Shown here one piece after another: positions 44,050-53,918 of a DNA stretch of 64,000 bases. Numbering within the stretch: position 1 is the stretch's first letter; each line of letters begins with the position of its first letter. Origin of the DNA: a virus; IMG/VR virus record IMGVR_UViG_3300020152_000022, one strand, 5' to 3'. Both the position numbers and the translations under genes were made by a program. The notes beneath the pieces were generated by a model that was not told where the DNA came from, searched no databases, and was given only the letters and a program-made list of their open reading frames with translations.

Positions 44050-45276
44050 GTGGATATAGACAAAGCAGCACTCGATAAGCTCACAGCCGCGAAATATGCG
44101 ATGGTGCAGAGGCACCCGTTCTATGCAGGCATTGCCCTGACATTGCCGTTCGTGGAGTGCCCCTACCTCAACCCGCCGACCATGGCGACCGATATGCAGG
44201 TGATCTACTATCACCCCAAATTCGTCATGGAATGCTCCAAGCAGGAACTGATGGGCGTCATTGCCCATGAGGTGCTGCATGTCGCCTTCTTCCATGGCAC
44301 ACGCCGCAAGGAGCGCGACCCTAGACTGTGGAACTTCGCTTGCGATTATGCGATCAACCCGATCCTGATCAATGGCGGCATGCGGCTCCCCGGCTTCGGC
44401 CTCTATAACGAGAAGTATCTCAACTGGTCCGCCCAGAAGATTTACGACGACCTGATCAAAAATCAGGACAAGATCGATGAACTGCTCTCCAAGATGCCCG
44501 GCTTCTCTATTGAGCCCGGCGACGGTGAGAGCGATGGCGAGGGCGGTGGCAAAGACACTATCCATGGCGGCATCATCGACTTGAAAGACTTCAAGGATGC
44601 CGATGGCAACCCGATTTCCGTCTCCGAGATCGAACACAATATCCGCCTGAAAGTGGCAAGCGCTGCCCAAGTGGCGAAAGCGCGTGGCCTTCTGCCGGGC
44701 GGTCTGGAAGGCCTGATCAAGGCGCATGGCGCTGCCATCGTCAACTGGCATGACTATATCCAGAACTGGGTCAAGGGCCATGCTCCCGACGACTATACAT
44801 GGCGCAAACCCAACCGCACCATGCTCGCCAATCACCGGGTCTATATGCCGTCTCCGGAACTGAAAGGTGCCGGTACTGGTGTGCTCTCCATCGATACGTC
44901 AGGCTCGGTGTCGGATCAGGAACTGGTCAAGTATATCACCGAGATTGTCGGCGTCATCGAAATGTGCCGTCCGGAGAAGCTGATCATCATCCAGCATGAT
45001 GCCGTGATCCAGAAGATCGATGAATGGGAGCCGACCGACAGCTTCGAAAGCTTGAAGGTCAAGGGCCGGGGCGGCACCTGCATCCAACCGACCTTCAAAT
45101 ATCTCGACCAGATCGATGACCATATCGACTGGATGATCTGCTTCACCGATATGGGCATCTGCGACTATCCGCCCGCATCCCAAGCCCCGCCCTTCCCGGT
45201 TCTCTGGGCAGCGACCGGGCCGATGAATGCGCCCTTCGGCCAGTATATCCCGCTCAAGGAAGCCATGGACGGGTAA
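44050..45276 (+). CDS. DUF2201-type protein: N-terminal HExxH metallopeptidase-like domain plus VWA-like domain
   Basis: TMATD, HEVLH..F.H..R, WNFACDYAIN; SIDTSGSVS MIDAS, GRGGT, FTD. Confidence 0.85.
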   Translation: MDIDKAALDKLTAAKYAMVQRHPFYAGIALTLPFVECPYLNPPTMATDMQVIYYHPKFVMECSKQELMGVIAHEVLHVAFFHGTRRKERDPRLWNFACDYAINPILINGGMRLPGFGLYNEKYLNWSAQKIYDDLIKNQDKIDELLSKMPGFSIEPGDGESDGEGGGKDTIHGGIIDLKDFKDADGNPISVSEIEHNIRLKVASAAQVAKARGLLPGGLEGLIKAHGAAIVNWHDYIQNWVKGHAPDDYTWRKPNRTMLANHRVYMPSPELKGAGTGVLSIDTSGSVSDQELVKYITEIVGVIEMCRPEKLIIIQHDAVIQKIDEWEPTDSFESLKVKGRGGTCIQPTFKYLDQIDDHIDWMICFTDMGICDYPPASQAPPFPVLWAATGPMNAPFGQYIPLKEAMDG

Positions 45277-45319
45277 CGAGAAATAATCCGTCAGGATTAT
45301 GTATGGGAGCGAAGCGATC

Positions 45320-45991
45320 ATGGATAAGACCGTCAGAGACGAGGCCGTTCAGAGGCACAGGAGGATCGCCTTCCTGAGCGATATCCTGCGCCTCAAGCAT
45401 AAGCATGCGGCCTATTTCTCTGGCCCGTCGATGCAGTTCGATAACACGGTGCAGAAGATCGGCGAACTCGAAAACTCGATCAAGTCGGCGCGCAATGTTA
45501 GCAGCAGCGTCTATAGGGAGAAGCGCCGGGATGCCGAGAAGCGGGAAGCAAGGATACGCATCCAGACGCTGATGCAGAAGGCCACTGGCCGGGAGAGCGC
45601 GCCCTATATCGATTTCCGCATGGGGCCGGTGAGGGCCGAGCGCTACAAGGAGCATCGGACGATATCCTACAGGATCACGGTCGGCTGGATGTGGAACCAC
45701 AGGGTCTGGGACCAACTCTATGAGGGCTGCAACACCGACTATGGTCATCACCTGATCCTGCGCGCCGAGAGGGTCAGGGTCAACCAGCGTTGGATCGAAC
45801 TCTTCGACGTACTGGTCTATCACCCGTCATCCGACACGGTCAGGAATGGCTATGTCGCAAGAACAAAAACGCCGAACAGAAACACGGCTTTCCACCAGAA
45901 TGCATCAGCGGCTGTGACAAGGGCACAGGCGATGATGGTCAAAGAGATGAACCTCGCAGGAGAACAAAATGCAGGAAGCGAAGACGACTAA
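45320..45991 (+). CDS. Hypothetical protein
   Basis: Intact ORF, basic. Confidence 0.6.
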   Translation: MDKTVRDEAVQRHRRIAFLSDILRLKHKHAAYFSGPSMQFDNTVQKIGELENSIKSARNVSSSVYREKRRDAEKREARIRIQTLMQKATGRESAPYIDFRMGPVRAERYKEHRTISYRITVGWMWNHRVWDQLYEGCNTDYGHHLILRAERVRVNQRWIELFDVLVYHPSSDTVRNGYVARTKTPNRNTAFHQNASAAVTRAQAMMVKEMNLAGEQNAGSEDD

Positions 45992-47183
45992 GTCCCCCGA
46001 TGCCAAGGCAATTGCCGCTCACCTTGCGGCTGACGTGAAAGGGAAGAGCATGGATACCAAGACCGAAGGGACCAAGACCATTGCGATCAAGGTCATTCCT
46101 GAACTCCGCGACTTTCTGGACATTTTGTCCGAAGAGGAACGCAAGGGTCTGGAAGCCGATATCATTGAACACGGCGGGGCGCGTGAGCCGATCCTGATCT
46201 GGAAGGAAGAGGGTGCCATTGTCGACGGTCATAACCGCCATGCGATCTGCACCGCGCATAACCTTCCCTTCAAGACCGAAGAGAAGTCGTTCAAGGATAT
46301 CGAAGCGGTCAAGCAATGGATGCTGCGCAACCAGCTAAACCGCCGCAACCTGTCGCCGGTTCGCCTGACCTATTTCCGGGGCATGCTTTACAATCAGATG
46401 AAGCAGGACCCCAAGCAGGCCCGCACGCCGACCGGTGGCAAGACCACTGCCGAGACGCTGGGCGAGCAGTTTGGCGTCAATGAGAAAACCATCCGCCGTG
46501 ACGGTGCCGTGGCCTCTGCCATCGAAGCCGTGGGCCGGGTGCACAAGCTGACCTCCGTCAAGGAGAAGCTGGAGAAGATCACCGCCAAGAACGGCGAGGG
46601 CTTCAAGAAGGAAGAGCTTGAAGAGATCGGCAAGGTCGCCGACCCACAAGTGCAGGAAGAGGCCGTCAAGGAATTGACAAAGATCAAGGCTGCCGAGGTT
46701 GCCAAGAAGGTTCAGGCCAAGGTGCAGGCCCAGCCGATCAAGGAAAAGGCCAAGGAGGTCGAGAAGAAAGCGCCCTTCGGCGTCGTCTTCTGCAAGCCTG
46801 CCTTCGATGCGCTGAGCTTCGACGTGAAGACCGAGGTCCGCCCGCCCATGGCCGAGAATGCCGTGTGCTATATGGCGGTGCCTGACGAGGAACTGTCCAA
46901 GGGCATGGCTCTGGTTTCCCGTTGGGGCCTCGAATATCAGGGCTCCATCGTCGTCACCATGGATGACGCCTATGAGGGCGTGTTTGCCGACGTAAAGCAT
47001 GTCTTCATGATCGTCGCAACCCGTGGGACCAAGGTGTTCAAGGGCAAGGCCGTGGGATCGATCATCCCGAAGAACGGCAATCCCGAAGAGCAGATGATCA
47101 AGGTGATCGAGGCCTATCACCCCTCGGAGAAGCGTCTCGATATGCGCCGGGATCGCACGGCAAAGGGCTGGGAAAAGCTGTGA
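45969..47183 (+). CDS. ParB/Srx-like N-terminal domain fused to degenerate MT-A70-like methyltransferase domain
   Basis: REPIL.W...IVDGHNR..IC; NQLNRRNL; C-term ENAVCYM, WGLEY, MIVATRG, GWE, with DPPW replaced by KPAF. Confidence 0.7.
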   Translation: MQEAKTTKSPDAKAIAAHLAADVKGKSMDTKTEGTKTIAIKVIPELRDFLDILSEEERKGLEADIIEHGGAREPILIWKEEGAIVDGHNRHAICTAHNLPFKTEEKSFKDIEAVKQWMLRNQLNRRNLSPVRLTYFRGMLYNQMKQDPKQARTPTGGKTTAETLGEQFGVNEKTIRRDGAVASAIEAVGRVHKLTSVKEKLEKITAKNGEGFKKEELEEIGKVADPQVQEEAVKELTKIKAAEVAKKVQAKVQAQPIKEKAKEVEKKAPFGVVFCKPAFDALSFDVKTEVRPPMAENAVCYMAVPDEELSKGMALVSRWGLEYQGSIVVTMDDAYEGVFADVKHVFMIVATRGTKVFKGKAVGSIIPKNGNPEEQMIKVIEAYHPSEKRLDMRRDRTAKGWEKL

Positions 47184-47644
47184 AAAGACGCTTCGCTTTC
47201 TTCACCACCTCTAAATTTAAGATGGATGGCGTTGGCGATACTCTTTATCGCCACGTCTATCATCTATGGCTCCGCCCGGAGGCGTGGCCTATCCTTGCGA
47301 AGGATGGCACGACCCATGTCCTGCTCAACAGGATATCTCACATCATTGGCATGATCCCGTCAAAATCGGGTCGGCCAATCTCAGTCGTTCCCAAGAACCC
47401 GCGCATCTACCAGCGGCCCTCGCAATACTACGATCAGGTCGCCGCGATGGTGGAGCGCGAGTTTCCCGCGCTCGCCCCTCATGTGGTCAGGAAGCGCGCC
47501 AACCATGTGATCAGGTATAAGGACATAGAGGCAGCAGGCTTCCCGCCCCCGGAAAACTTGATTGGCCATGTTCAGGTTATCAGTCTGCGGAAGCCCTTCA
47601 AGTATAATGAATGGTACTTCATGAAACATGGAGTTCGAATGTGA
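47180..47644 (+). CDS. Hypothetical protein, possible distant RKxW relative
   Basis: GFP..P..IGH..VISLRKPFKY. Confidence 0.6.
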   Translation: MKRRFAFFTTSKFKMDGVGDTLYRHVYHLWLRPEAWPILAKDGTTHVLLNRISHIIGMIPSKSGRPISVVPKNPRIYQRPSQYYDQVAAMVEREFPALAPHVVRKRANHVIRYKDIEAAGFPPPENLIGHVQVISLRKPFKYNEWYFMKHGVRM

Positions 47645-48114
47645 TATACATATATCAACTTGGGTTTATGGGCGGACGTTACATGGATAGGCTTGTTGTC
47701 GCCAAGTTACGACAGGCCAGCAGCCCCACCGTCTCTTCGGCTGTAGGCTTTCTACGTAATATCCTCAGAGAGGACGGGCCGCTGAGCATACACGTCTCAG
47801 TAACGAAATATCTGCTATTTGACGAGCAGCCGATCTACCGTGCGTTAACGATCCATCCGGATTACGATAGCATCACGGAGCAATTGGCAGAAAGGCTCCC
47901 TAGTGTACGCAATTCTCTTGTCCGGCTCGGATACCCCGCTCTGCCTCTACAAGACGGCGCATTATCCTTTGGCCATGCAAACCTTCTCGCTGCTCGAAAA
48001 GCATTCAAGTACCGTAAGCTCCCTGTATGGTACGGGAGCGGGCGCGTTATCGGTATCGAACGACGAGGCGTTGATCCAATCGTTACCCCGATTAGATACG
48101 CGAGAGATGATTGA
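47641..48114 (+). CDS. Hypothetical protein paralogous to upstream ORF
   Basis: GYP..P..SFGH..LLAARKAFKY; GTGA overlap. Confidence 0.55.
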   Translation: MIYIYQLGFMGGRYMDRLVVAKLRQASSPTVSSAVGFLRNILREDGPLSIHVSVTKYLLFDEQPIYRALTIHPDYDSITEQLAERLPSVRNSLVRLGYPALPLQDGALSFGHANLLAARKAFKYRKLPVWYGSGRVIGIERRGVDPIVTPIRYARDD

Positions 48115-48163
48115 GAGCCTGCGCCAGCACGAGCGCCTGCCCAAGCCGGTCTTCGATATCACC

Positions 48164-48643
48164 CTAGCGTCTTGCGAGTACGTCGTCCAACGCCCGGATG
48201 CAGAAGTGCAGGTCTTCGATCTGGTGCCGTAGGCTGCCCCACGGCGCGTCCTGTAGCGCGAGATTGACCAGCTTCTTGCGCTTGTAAGAGCCAATCGTTT
48301 CGTCCAGCCTGCGGAAGAGCTTGACCGCGCCACGCAGCGCTTCTGCCTTCTTGTCCGAGACAATGGACGCATCCGCACTGACCTTCGGCTCGAAGCTCGG
48401 CGACTTCAACGACAGCATGCCAAAGCTCACCAGCTTCTGGGCGAAGAGATTGAGCGTCGAGTGCTGGGTGATGTTGATCAGGTCCTCCAGCAGCAGCTTG
48501 TCGATCTCCGTGCCGTCGAGAACGCGGATCGCCTTGGTGTTGTTATCGATCATTTTCGGTACGCAGGTAAACTGACGCGCCATCTCTGGCGTGCCGGGGT
48601 CCATCGCCTCCCGTACCGTCTCATATTTGCGACGTCTGGCCAT
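48164..48643 (-). CDS. Hypothetical protein
   Basis: Intact ORF downstream of helicase. Confidence 0.6.
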   Translation of the reverse strand: MARRRKYETVREAMDPGTPEMARQFTCVPKMIDNNTKAIRVLDGTEIDKLLLEDLINITQHSTLNLFAQKLVSFGMLSLKSPSFEPKVSADASIVSDKKAEALRGAVKLFRRLDETIGSYKRKKLVNLALQDAPWGSLRHQIEDLHFCIRALDDVLARR

Positions 48644-48833
48644 TGATCGTCTCCTTCTCCTGTAAGCTCTGCTTTACAGCCTCCACCCAGTAGCGCATGA
48701 CCGCGCTCTGGACGAAATGGACATGCTTCATATCCACCCCATAAGCGACAGGCGGTATGGGGTAGTCGCCGAAGCAGCGCTTGTATTCCTCATTCCAATA
48801 GGTGGCATCATGCTCAAGCGGTCCATCGATCAT
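48621..48833 (-). CDS. Hypothetical protein
   Basis: Start MIDGP right after helicase stop, GGAG RBS. Confidence 0.55.
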   Translation of the reverse strand: MIDGPLEHDATYWNEEYKRCFGDYPIPPVAYGVDMKHVHFVQSAVMRYWVEAVKQSLQEKETINGQTSQI

Positions 48834-48834
48834 C

Positions 48835-50565
48835 TCAGTCTCCCCATGGAGTGCCAAAGTCATCGGATTGGTACTGATGAGCGATTGCATCATAGACGAC
48901 AGTCGCTTCACCCACCTTGCCCAGCCAGTCATAGCGCGTCTTCCAGTTGACGATCTTCACTGTATTCGAATTTGGCACGCGATGCACGGTGATGCCGAAA
49001 TCAGGTTTGGAAAACCATGCGCTGGAGCCTGAGATCGAATAGCCCTTCGGCACTTGGTAGTTGCCCTCGCTATCCATCGGCATCTTGGTTGGATGGGCGA
49101 CGAAGAAGATATGGATTTTATAGAGCGACGCCACGAGACGAAGCTCCGTCAGGAGGTCGTCAATGAACTGCGTCTCGCTCTCTGCCTTTTCCGGCCTCGC
49201 AATATAGTTATAGGGATCGATGACGACGATCTGCACGCCCCAGCGGAACACTGCCGTCTTGATGCGTTCGATGATCGATTGCACCGTGACCTTGCGGCCA
49301 TCCTCGGCCTGCATGAATTTGAAATGCCGGTGAATGAAGGGCTTGGCTTCCTCCACCTGCTTGCGCGTCATGCGCTCGCCCATTTCCTCGGTCGGGAAGA
49401 AGTGCAGGTTATAGAGCATCTGCATCAGCTTGCCGATATGGACGGCAGGCGGGTTCTCGAACGAGCAGATGGCGGAGACATATTCCTTCTGGCGCGCGAG
49501 GTTGACCATGATCTGGTCGACAAAGGTCGACTTGCCGTTGCCGGGAATGCCGGTGACGACGGTCAGCAGGCCGGGACTGACCGAGAAAATCTGGTCAACC
49601 GCAACCATGCCGGTGGTAATCTTCTCGGCAAAACCACGGTCGAAGAGTTCATCGAGTTCGGGGAAATACTTCTCCGCTTCGAACAGGCCATCGATGGGAA
49701 ACGGAGCGGCATTGTCATAGACCGCCTTGAGCGCGTCAGCCCCGAGCTTCATCAACACGTCATTGGCATCCTTGCACCCCTCGGGGTAGCTCACCAGCCA
49801 GCAACGATGGCGACCAATGCGTCTGGACAATTCGTCCGCCAGCTTCTCGCCGGGTTCGTCCGCGTCCGTTGCAATGATGACCCGCTTGGCCTTGTCGATG
49901 AGTTCCCGCGCCTCCCAGAGAAACGACAGTTGCTCGCGCAAGGTTCCGTCAGAATTGGTTTTGGTGAAGGATGATGATCCGTTGGGCACGGAGGTCGCGT
50001 TGAGGACGCCCGCCTCATAGAAGGAGAGAGGATCAAGCTCGCCTTCGCAGATGACAATGTCAGGGCTTTCGGTCAGGTCAATTTGCTCTTGACCGAAAAG
50101 AGAGTTCAGCGGCTGGTCGCAGACAAACGCCTTCTCCTTGACGCACTTATACTTGTGCCCCTTGAGATAGGGGAAAGCGACCGCTTCCTCTTCGCGCTTG
50201 AGTTCGGGGAAGAAGGCCTTGGCCGAGACGAGATTGAAGGCGAGTGCGGTCTTTTCCGAGATGGAGCGCGATGACAGATAGAACAGACCGCCTTCGGTCA
50301 GCGCCTTGTCGATGCGCTTGATTGCACCTTTCCGGAACGTCTCCACCTTGGGCGGCACGAAGAGGTCGAGCTTGCCAGCCCCCTTGCGTTCGCAGTGATG
50401 GCAGCAGGCTGTCCAGTGATCGTGATCGACGGTGATGGAAAGGCACTGCGCCTTGGAGTTCTTGCGCTCCGGGCTGCAAGCCGGGCAGATGCGGCGATGC
50501 GAACCCTTGCGTTGAGACGCTGACCAAATACGCAGCGCCTCTTTCTCTTCCGATGAGAAGTCCAT
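48835..50565 (-). CDS. Primase-helicase (T7 gp4/Twinkle-like)
   Basis: Zn finger CPAC..CHHC; TOPRIM ICEGELD, ATDADEPG; TGIPGNGKST Walker A; VIDPYNY; FFVAHPTK. Confidence 0.9.
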   Translation of the reverse strand: MDFSSEEKEALRIWSASQRKGSHRRICPACSPERKNSKAQCLSITVDHDHWTACCHHCERKGAGKLDLFVPPKVETFRKGAIKRIDKALTEGGLFYLSSRSISEKTALAFNLVSAKAFFPELKREEEAVAFPYLKGHKYKCVKEKAFVCDQPLNSLFGQEQIDLTESPDIVICEGELDPLSFYEAGVLNATSVPNGSSSFTKTNSDGTLREQLSFLWEARELIDKAKRVIIATDADEPGEKLADELSRRIGRHRCWLVSYPEGCKDANDVLMKLGADALKAVYDNAAPFPIDGLFEAEKYFPELDELFDRGFAEKITTGMVAVDQIFSVSPGLLTVVTGIPGNGKSTFVDQIMVNLARQKEYVSAICSFENPPAVHIGKLMQMLYNLHFFPTEEMGERMTRKQVEEAKPFIHRHFKFMQAEDGRKVTVQSIIERIKTAVFRWGVQIVVIDPYNYIARPEKAESETQFIDDLLTELRLVASLYKIHIFFVAHPTKMPMDSEGNYQVPKGYSISGSSAWFSKPDFGITVHRVPNSNTVKIVNWKTRYDWLGKVGEATVVYDAIAHQYQSDDFGTPWGD

Positions 50566-50627
50566 TCATTTCCCCGGCAATTGATGAAGCTCCGTCCCTG
50601 AAGCTTCACCAATGTACCATGAGGGCG

Positions 50628-51905
50628 TCAGGACGCCAAAGCCAAGGCCTTGCTCTCGGAAAAGATTTTCTTGAAGTCCTCGACCTTGCCATCGAAGCCC
50701 TTGATCAGGCTTTCCATGTGCTTGTCTTCGGTTTCCAAGTTCTTGATCAACTGCTCATAGCGGTCGATCTGGGCGGCGATTTCCTTGTTGAGCGCCACCA
50801 GCTTGTCATCGAGCGCCTGCATCTGCTCCATCTTCTTGTCGATCAGGAGGATGCGTTGCTCGACCTCTTCGGCCATCTTGGTGATGCTCTCCTGCGCCTG
50901 CTGACGCATGACCGGGTTGATCTCGGGACCGAAGGAACGATCCCGCACCAGCGTCACCCAGTCCACCGGCACGCCGAGTTCCGTTGCCAGCTTGGCGTCG
51001 GTCCAGTCGTCCTTATAGCCGGAGCGCTCATCGACATAGACGTCCATCAGCTTGAGATAGATGATCTGGTCGTCAGACCGCGTCATCGCTCGGTCGGCGG
51101 CGGCAGGCACTGCCGGGGGCACGGGTGTTGGGGCGGCGGGTGTAGACACAAGAGCCGGCTTAGGCGGGTCAATGGGCAATTCGCCCGTAACCTTGAACGA
51201 CGGCACGAAGGGCTTGGCTTCCTCCGCCTTGGCAGGTGTGACCGTGGGCATGGGGTCTCCCTTGAGTGGAACGCCGAGCTTCACGGCCTCAAGCCCCTTG
51301 GGCTCAACCTGCACGGCCTGAATGCCAGTGGAGGCTTTGGGTTTTGCATTCATCTTGGCGATATCGTCCGGGCACATATCCATGCCCTTGGTCTTGCCGA
51401 CGAACCATCCCAAACGGATAAACTCTTTTTCGAGATAGGCGGGGTTCACCGATCCGCCATGCTTGTAGTAGGTTTCCTGCTTGCCGCATTTGCAGCAGGT
51501 GATCCGCGCTCCGATCAGCGTCTTGCCACCTTCGAACTTCCTGACTTCCTCGAATTCCCTGAACCGCGCCATGGGGATATCCTCAAATCTCTTGACCACC
51601 TTTTTCTCGGACTTGCGCTTCGCCTCATACTCTTTGGGCGAGGGCTGCGGACGGGGCGAGAATGTGTAGGTGCCCTCCCTGAGGGAGCGCTGTCCTTTGG
51701 CGAGATTGAAGTCATTCTGTGTCGGCCTGAGCCGATGCATCAAGAGGTAAGCTTGCCAGTTTGCCGTGGCGATCTGGCTTACCCGACTTTGGCTGACGCC
51801 GTATTTGTCAGCAATCTGGGCAATCGACATGCCCGCTTCTTTGTCCTTCCTCGCTTCGTCGTGCCAAGAAGGATATTCCATCACAAGGGGTGTTCCCATG
51901 TTCAA
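50628..51905 (-). CDS. Multidomain protein: N-terminal HTH, Cys motif, Pro-rich linker, second HTH-like segment, coiled coil
   Basis: GMSIAQIADKYGVSQSRVSQI; CCKC..MC; WTDAKLATELGVP..WV..VR..FGP. Confidence 0.6.
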   Translation of the reverse strand: MNMGTPLVMEYPSWHDEARKDKEAGMSIAQIADKYGVSQSRVSQIATANWQAYLLMHRLRPTQNDFNLAKGQRSLREGTYTFSPRPQPSPKEYEAKRKSEKKVVKRFEDIPMARFREFEEVRKFEGGKTLIGARITCCKCGKQETYYKHGGSVNPAYLEKEFIRLGWFVGKTKGMDMCPDDIAKMNAKPKASTGIQAVQVEPKGLEAVKLGVPLKGDPMPTVTPAKAEEAKPFVPSFKVTGELPIDPPKPALVSTPAAPTPVPPAVPAAADRAMTRSDDQIIYLKLMDVYVDERSGYKDDWTDAKLATELGVPVDWVTLVRDRSFGPEINPVMRQQAQESITKMAEEVEQRILLIDKKMEQMQALDDKLVALNKEIAAQIDRYEQLIKNLETEDKHMESLIKGFDGKVEDFKKIFSESKALALAS

Positions 51906-52234
51906 TTCTCCCGTTGAAGGATATATTCGCTGTAATCCAGTGGGATGCCCGCACGATAGGACGCCAGTTGCAGGGCAGCCAGCATATGGGTCGGGATGAC
52001 GCCACGCTCTTTCTGCTTCTGCAAGGTCCGGACATTGACCTTGATGCCAGCATCGCTCAGCAGCTTGCCCACGGAGGCAACGCCACCGTAACGGCTGAAG
52101 ATCGCACCGGCATCATAACTGAAATCGTTAACGCTTTTCACGCCATTCTCCACTGGTTGCGTCGCAACCTTACGACGCTTGGTCGTCAGAACGCAAGAGG
52201 GGCCAGCGTTAGCCAGCCCCCTTATTTTTGGCAT
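51902..52234 (-). CDS. Cro-like HTH regulator
   Basis: IFSRYGGVASV.KLL...G..V..RTLQK.KERG.IP. Confidence 0.6.
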   Translation of the reverse strand: MPKIRGLANAGPSCVLTTKRRKVATQPVENGVKSVNDFSYDAGAIFSRYGGVASVGKLLSDAGIKVNVRTLQKQKERGVIPTHMLAALQLASYRAGIPLDYSEYILQREN

Positions 52235-52394
52235 AGAGATATCCGCTCACGGCACCGATCCCGAAGATGCCTGCGGAGATGATGATATCGCCGACCAGAC
52301 CGGCAATCATGAATTGCACGGCGATCAATGCGCCTGCAACGATAACAGGCGTGGTGATGACACCTGTCTTGACCAGAGCTTTACTGTCGCTCAA
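52209..52394 (-). CDS. Small membrane protein
   Basis: Two hydrophobic segments. Confidence 0.6.
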   Translation of the reverse strand: MSDSKALVKTGVITTPVIVAGALIAVQFMIAGLVGDIIISAGIFGIGAVSGYLYAKNKGAG

Positions 52395-52764
52395 CTTTTT
52401 GCGCCTTTTGTTCGGCGGTCAGGTATGTATAGACGATGGAGAAACATACATCGACCGCGCAGAGAAAGATGTTGAAGGGTGACGGGCTGAGGATAGCCAG
52501 CGTGAAGATCAGGTAGGAGAAGCACCACCAGTAGCCGACATAATACCATGACAGGCTATGATCCCCCGCCCTGATGCGCACTGTGCAAGCCATCACGCAC
52601 TGGACAAGAGCAAGGTAGGCAACCACCTCTCCCATGACCACGCTCCAGACCACGATATCGCGGTCATGCGCCCGCAGCAGATCGACGGGGATGGCCAACA
52701 TGCCCATCAGCATGACGAACCACATGATCCATAGTTCGAATGTGTCTACCCTACGCATCGTCAC
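52381..52764 (-). CDS. Multi-pass membrane protein
   Basis: About four hydrophobic helices. Confidence 0.6.
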   Translation of the reverse strand: MTMRRVDTFELWIMWFVMLMGMLAIPVDLLRAHDRDIVVWSVVMGEVVAYLALVQCVMACTVRIRAGDHSLSWYYVGYWWCFSYLIFTLAILSPSPFNIFLCAVDVCFSIVYTYLTAEQKAQKVERQ

Positions 52765-52836
52765 TCTCCATTGGTTGCCGGGCAGCCATCGCGGTAGCGA
52801 AGTCCTGCGCCGCCCGGCCTGCGTCAGGCACGCAGT

Positions 52837-53283
52837 TTAAGCCGCCAGCTTGTCGTAGTTGACGTTGCAGATGGTCGCAATGTCCTTCATGATGGCAACT
52901 TCCTGATCGGAAATGCCGCCCTGATCGGCCACGTCGAGCGCTGCAAGAACGATGGCCTGCCCCATCTGGCCCGACTTGTCACGAGCGATGACCTGACGGA
53001 TTTCTTCCTTGAGTTCCGCCTTGCCGGAGCGGGTCTTGGTCTTCGGTGCCATCTTGCCGAAGATGCTTTCGATTTCACCGGTGCCGAACGCCGCTGAGAT
53101 AGCGGTGTTGGACTTGATGACGTCGAGCGCGCTGTCATATTCGCTGTCATCGATGGAGCCATCGGCGGCAGCGGTGAGAGCGCAAGCAGCGCACAGGCCT
53201 TCAAGGAAATCTTTATTTCCACTGAATTGATTTATGGCTTCCTTTGCCTTGGAGCCAAAGAGCTTACCAAATACCATTGTCAC
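52837..53283 (-). CDS. terB: TerB-family (tellurite resistance) protein
   Basis: FLEG.CAACAL.AAADGSID.SE; IVLAALDVAD.GGI..QE......IA. Confidence 0.8.
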   Translation of the reverse strand: MTMVFGKLFGSKAKEAINQFSGNKDFLEGLCAACALTAAADGSIDDSEYDSALDVIKSNTAISAAFGTGEIESIFGKMAPKTKTRSGKAELKEEIRQVIARDKSGQMGQAIVLAALDVADQGGISDQEVAIMKDIATICNVNYDKLAA

Positions 53284-53366
53284 TTCCCTTCTATATGGGC
53301 GACATGCCCGATGATCCCCGCCCGGCCAGCGGGGATCGCCGTGAACGTCGCAGCTATTGCTGTCGA

Positions 53367-53774
53367 CTAGACCTCAGTCGGCCCAGTCCACGGCTCATAG
53401 TCCACGGCCTCGACCCAGAACATCGTGATGGTTTCATCATCGACGTAGGTGGCGACGCGGATTTCGTTGCGCCTGCCATTGCGCATCGAGCCATTCCCAT
53501 CCTGCAAGAAGACAGGTTCGGCGTTGGGGTTGACCTCGACCACGAGATGCGGCAGGCCCGCGCCCTTGGTGCCGGTGTTCGGCTTCGGCGTGATATACTG
53601 GCCGACCTGAAAGCGCTGACGATAGCCACGAGCGAACTCGGCAAGCTCCATGGCCTGCACTTCCTTGTCGATTGTGACCCTGTAGTCTTCGCTCTTGATC
53701 CGGCCACCGGCCACGACCACGGGCTTGGCACCGCCACCGATGATCTCGGCCATAATGTCATCCAGACTTGGCAT
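53367..53774 (-). CDS. Hypothetical protein
   Basis: GGAG RBS; F.VGQYITPK. Confidence 0.6.
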   Translation of the reverse strand: MPSLDDIMAEIIGGGAKPVVVAGGRIKSEDYRVTIDKEVQAMELAEFARGYRQRFQVGQYITPKPNTGTKGAGLPHLVVEVNPNAEPVFLQDGNGSMRNGRRNEIRVATYVDDETITMFWVEAVDYEPWTGPTEV

Positions 53775-53918
53775 TTCACTTGCTCCTTTGCTGCTCCATT
53801 TCATGTTACCGGACAGGGAACCTGCCGGGGGAGTGGGCGCTGCCGAAAGGGAGCCAAAGGCAGCGCCCCTGCCGAGAGGGGATGGCATGGGAGGGGAGCA
53901 ACCACCCCCTCCCGACGA

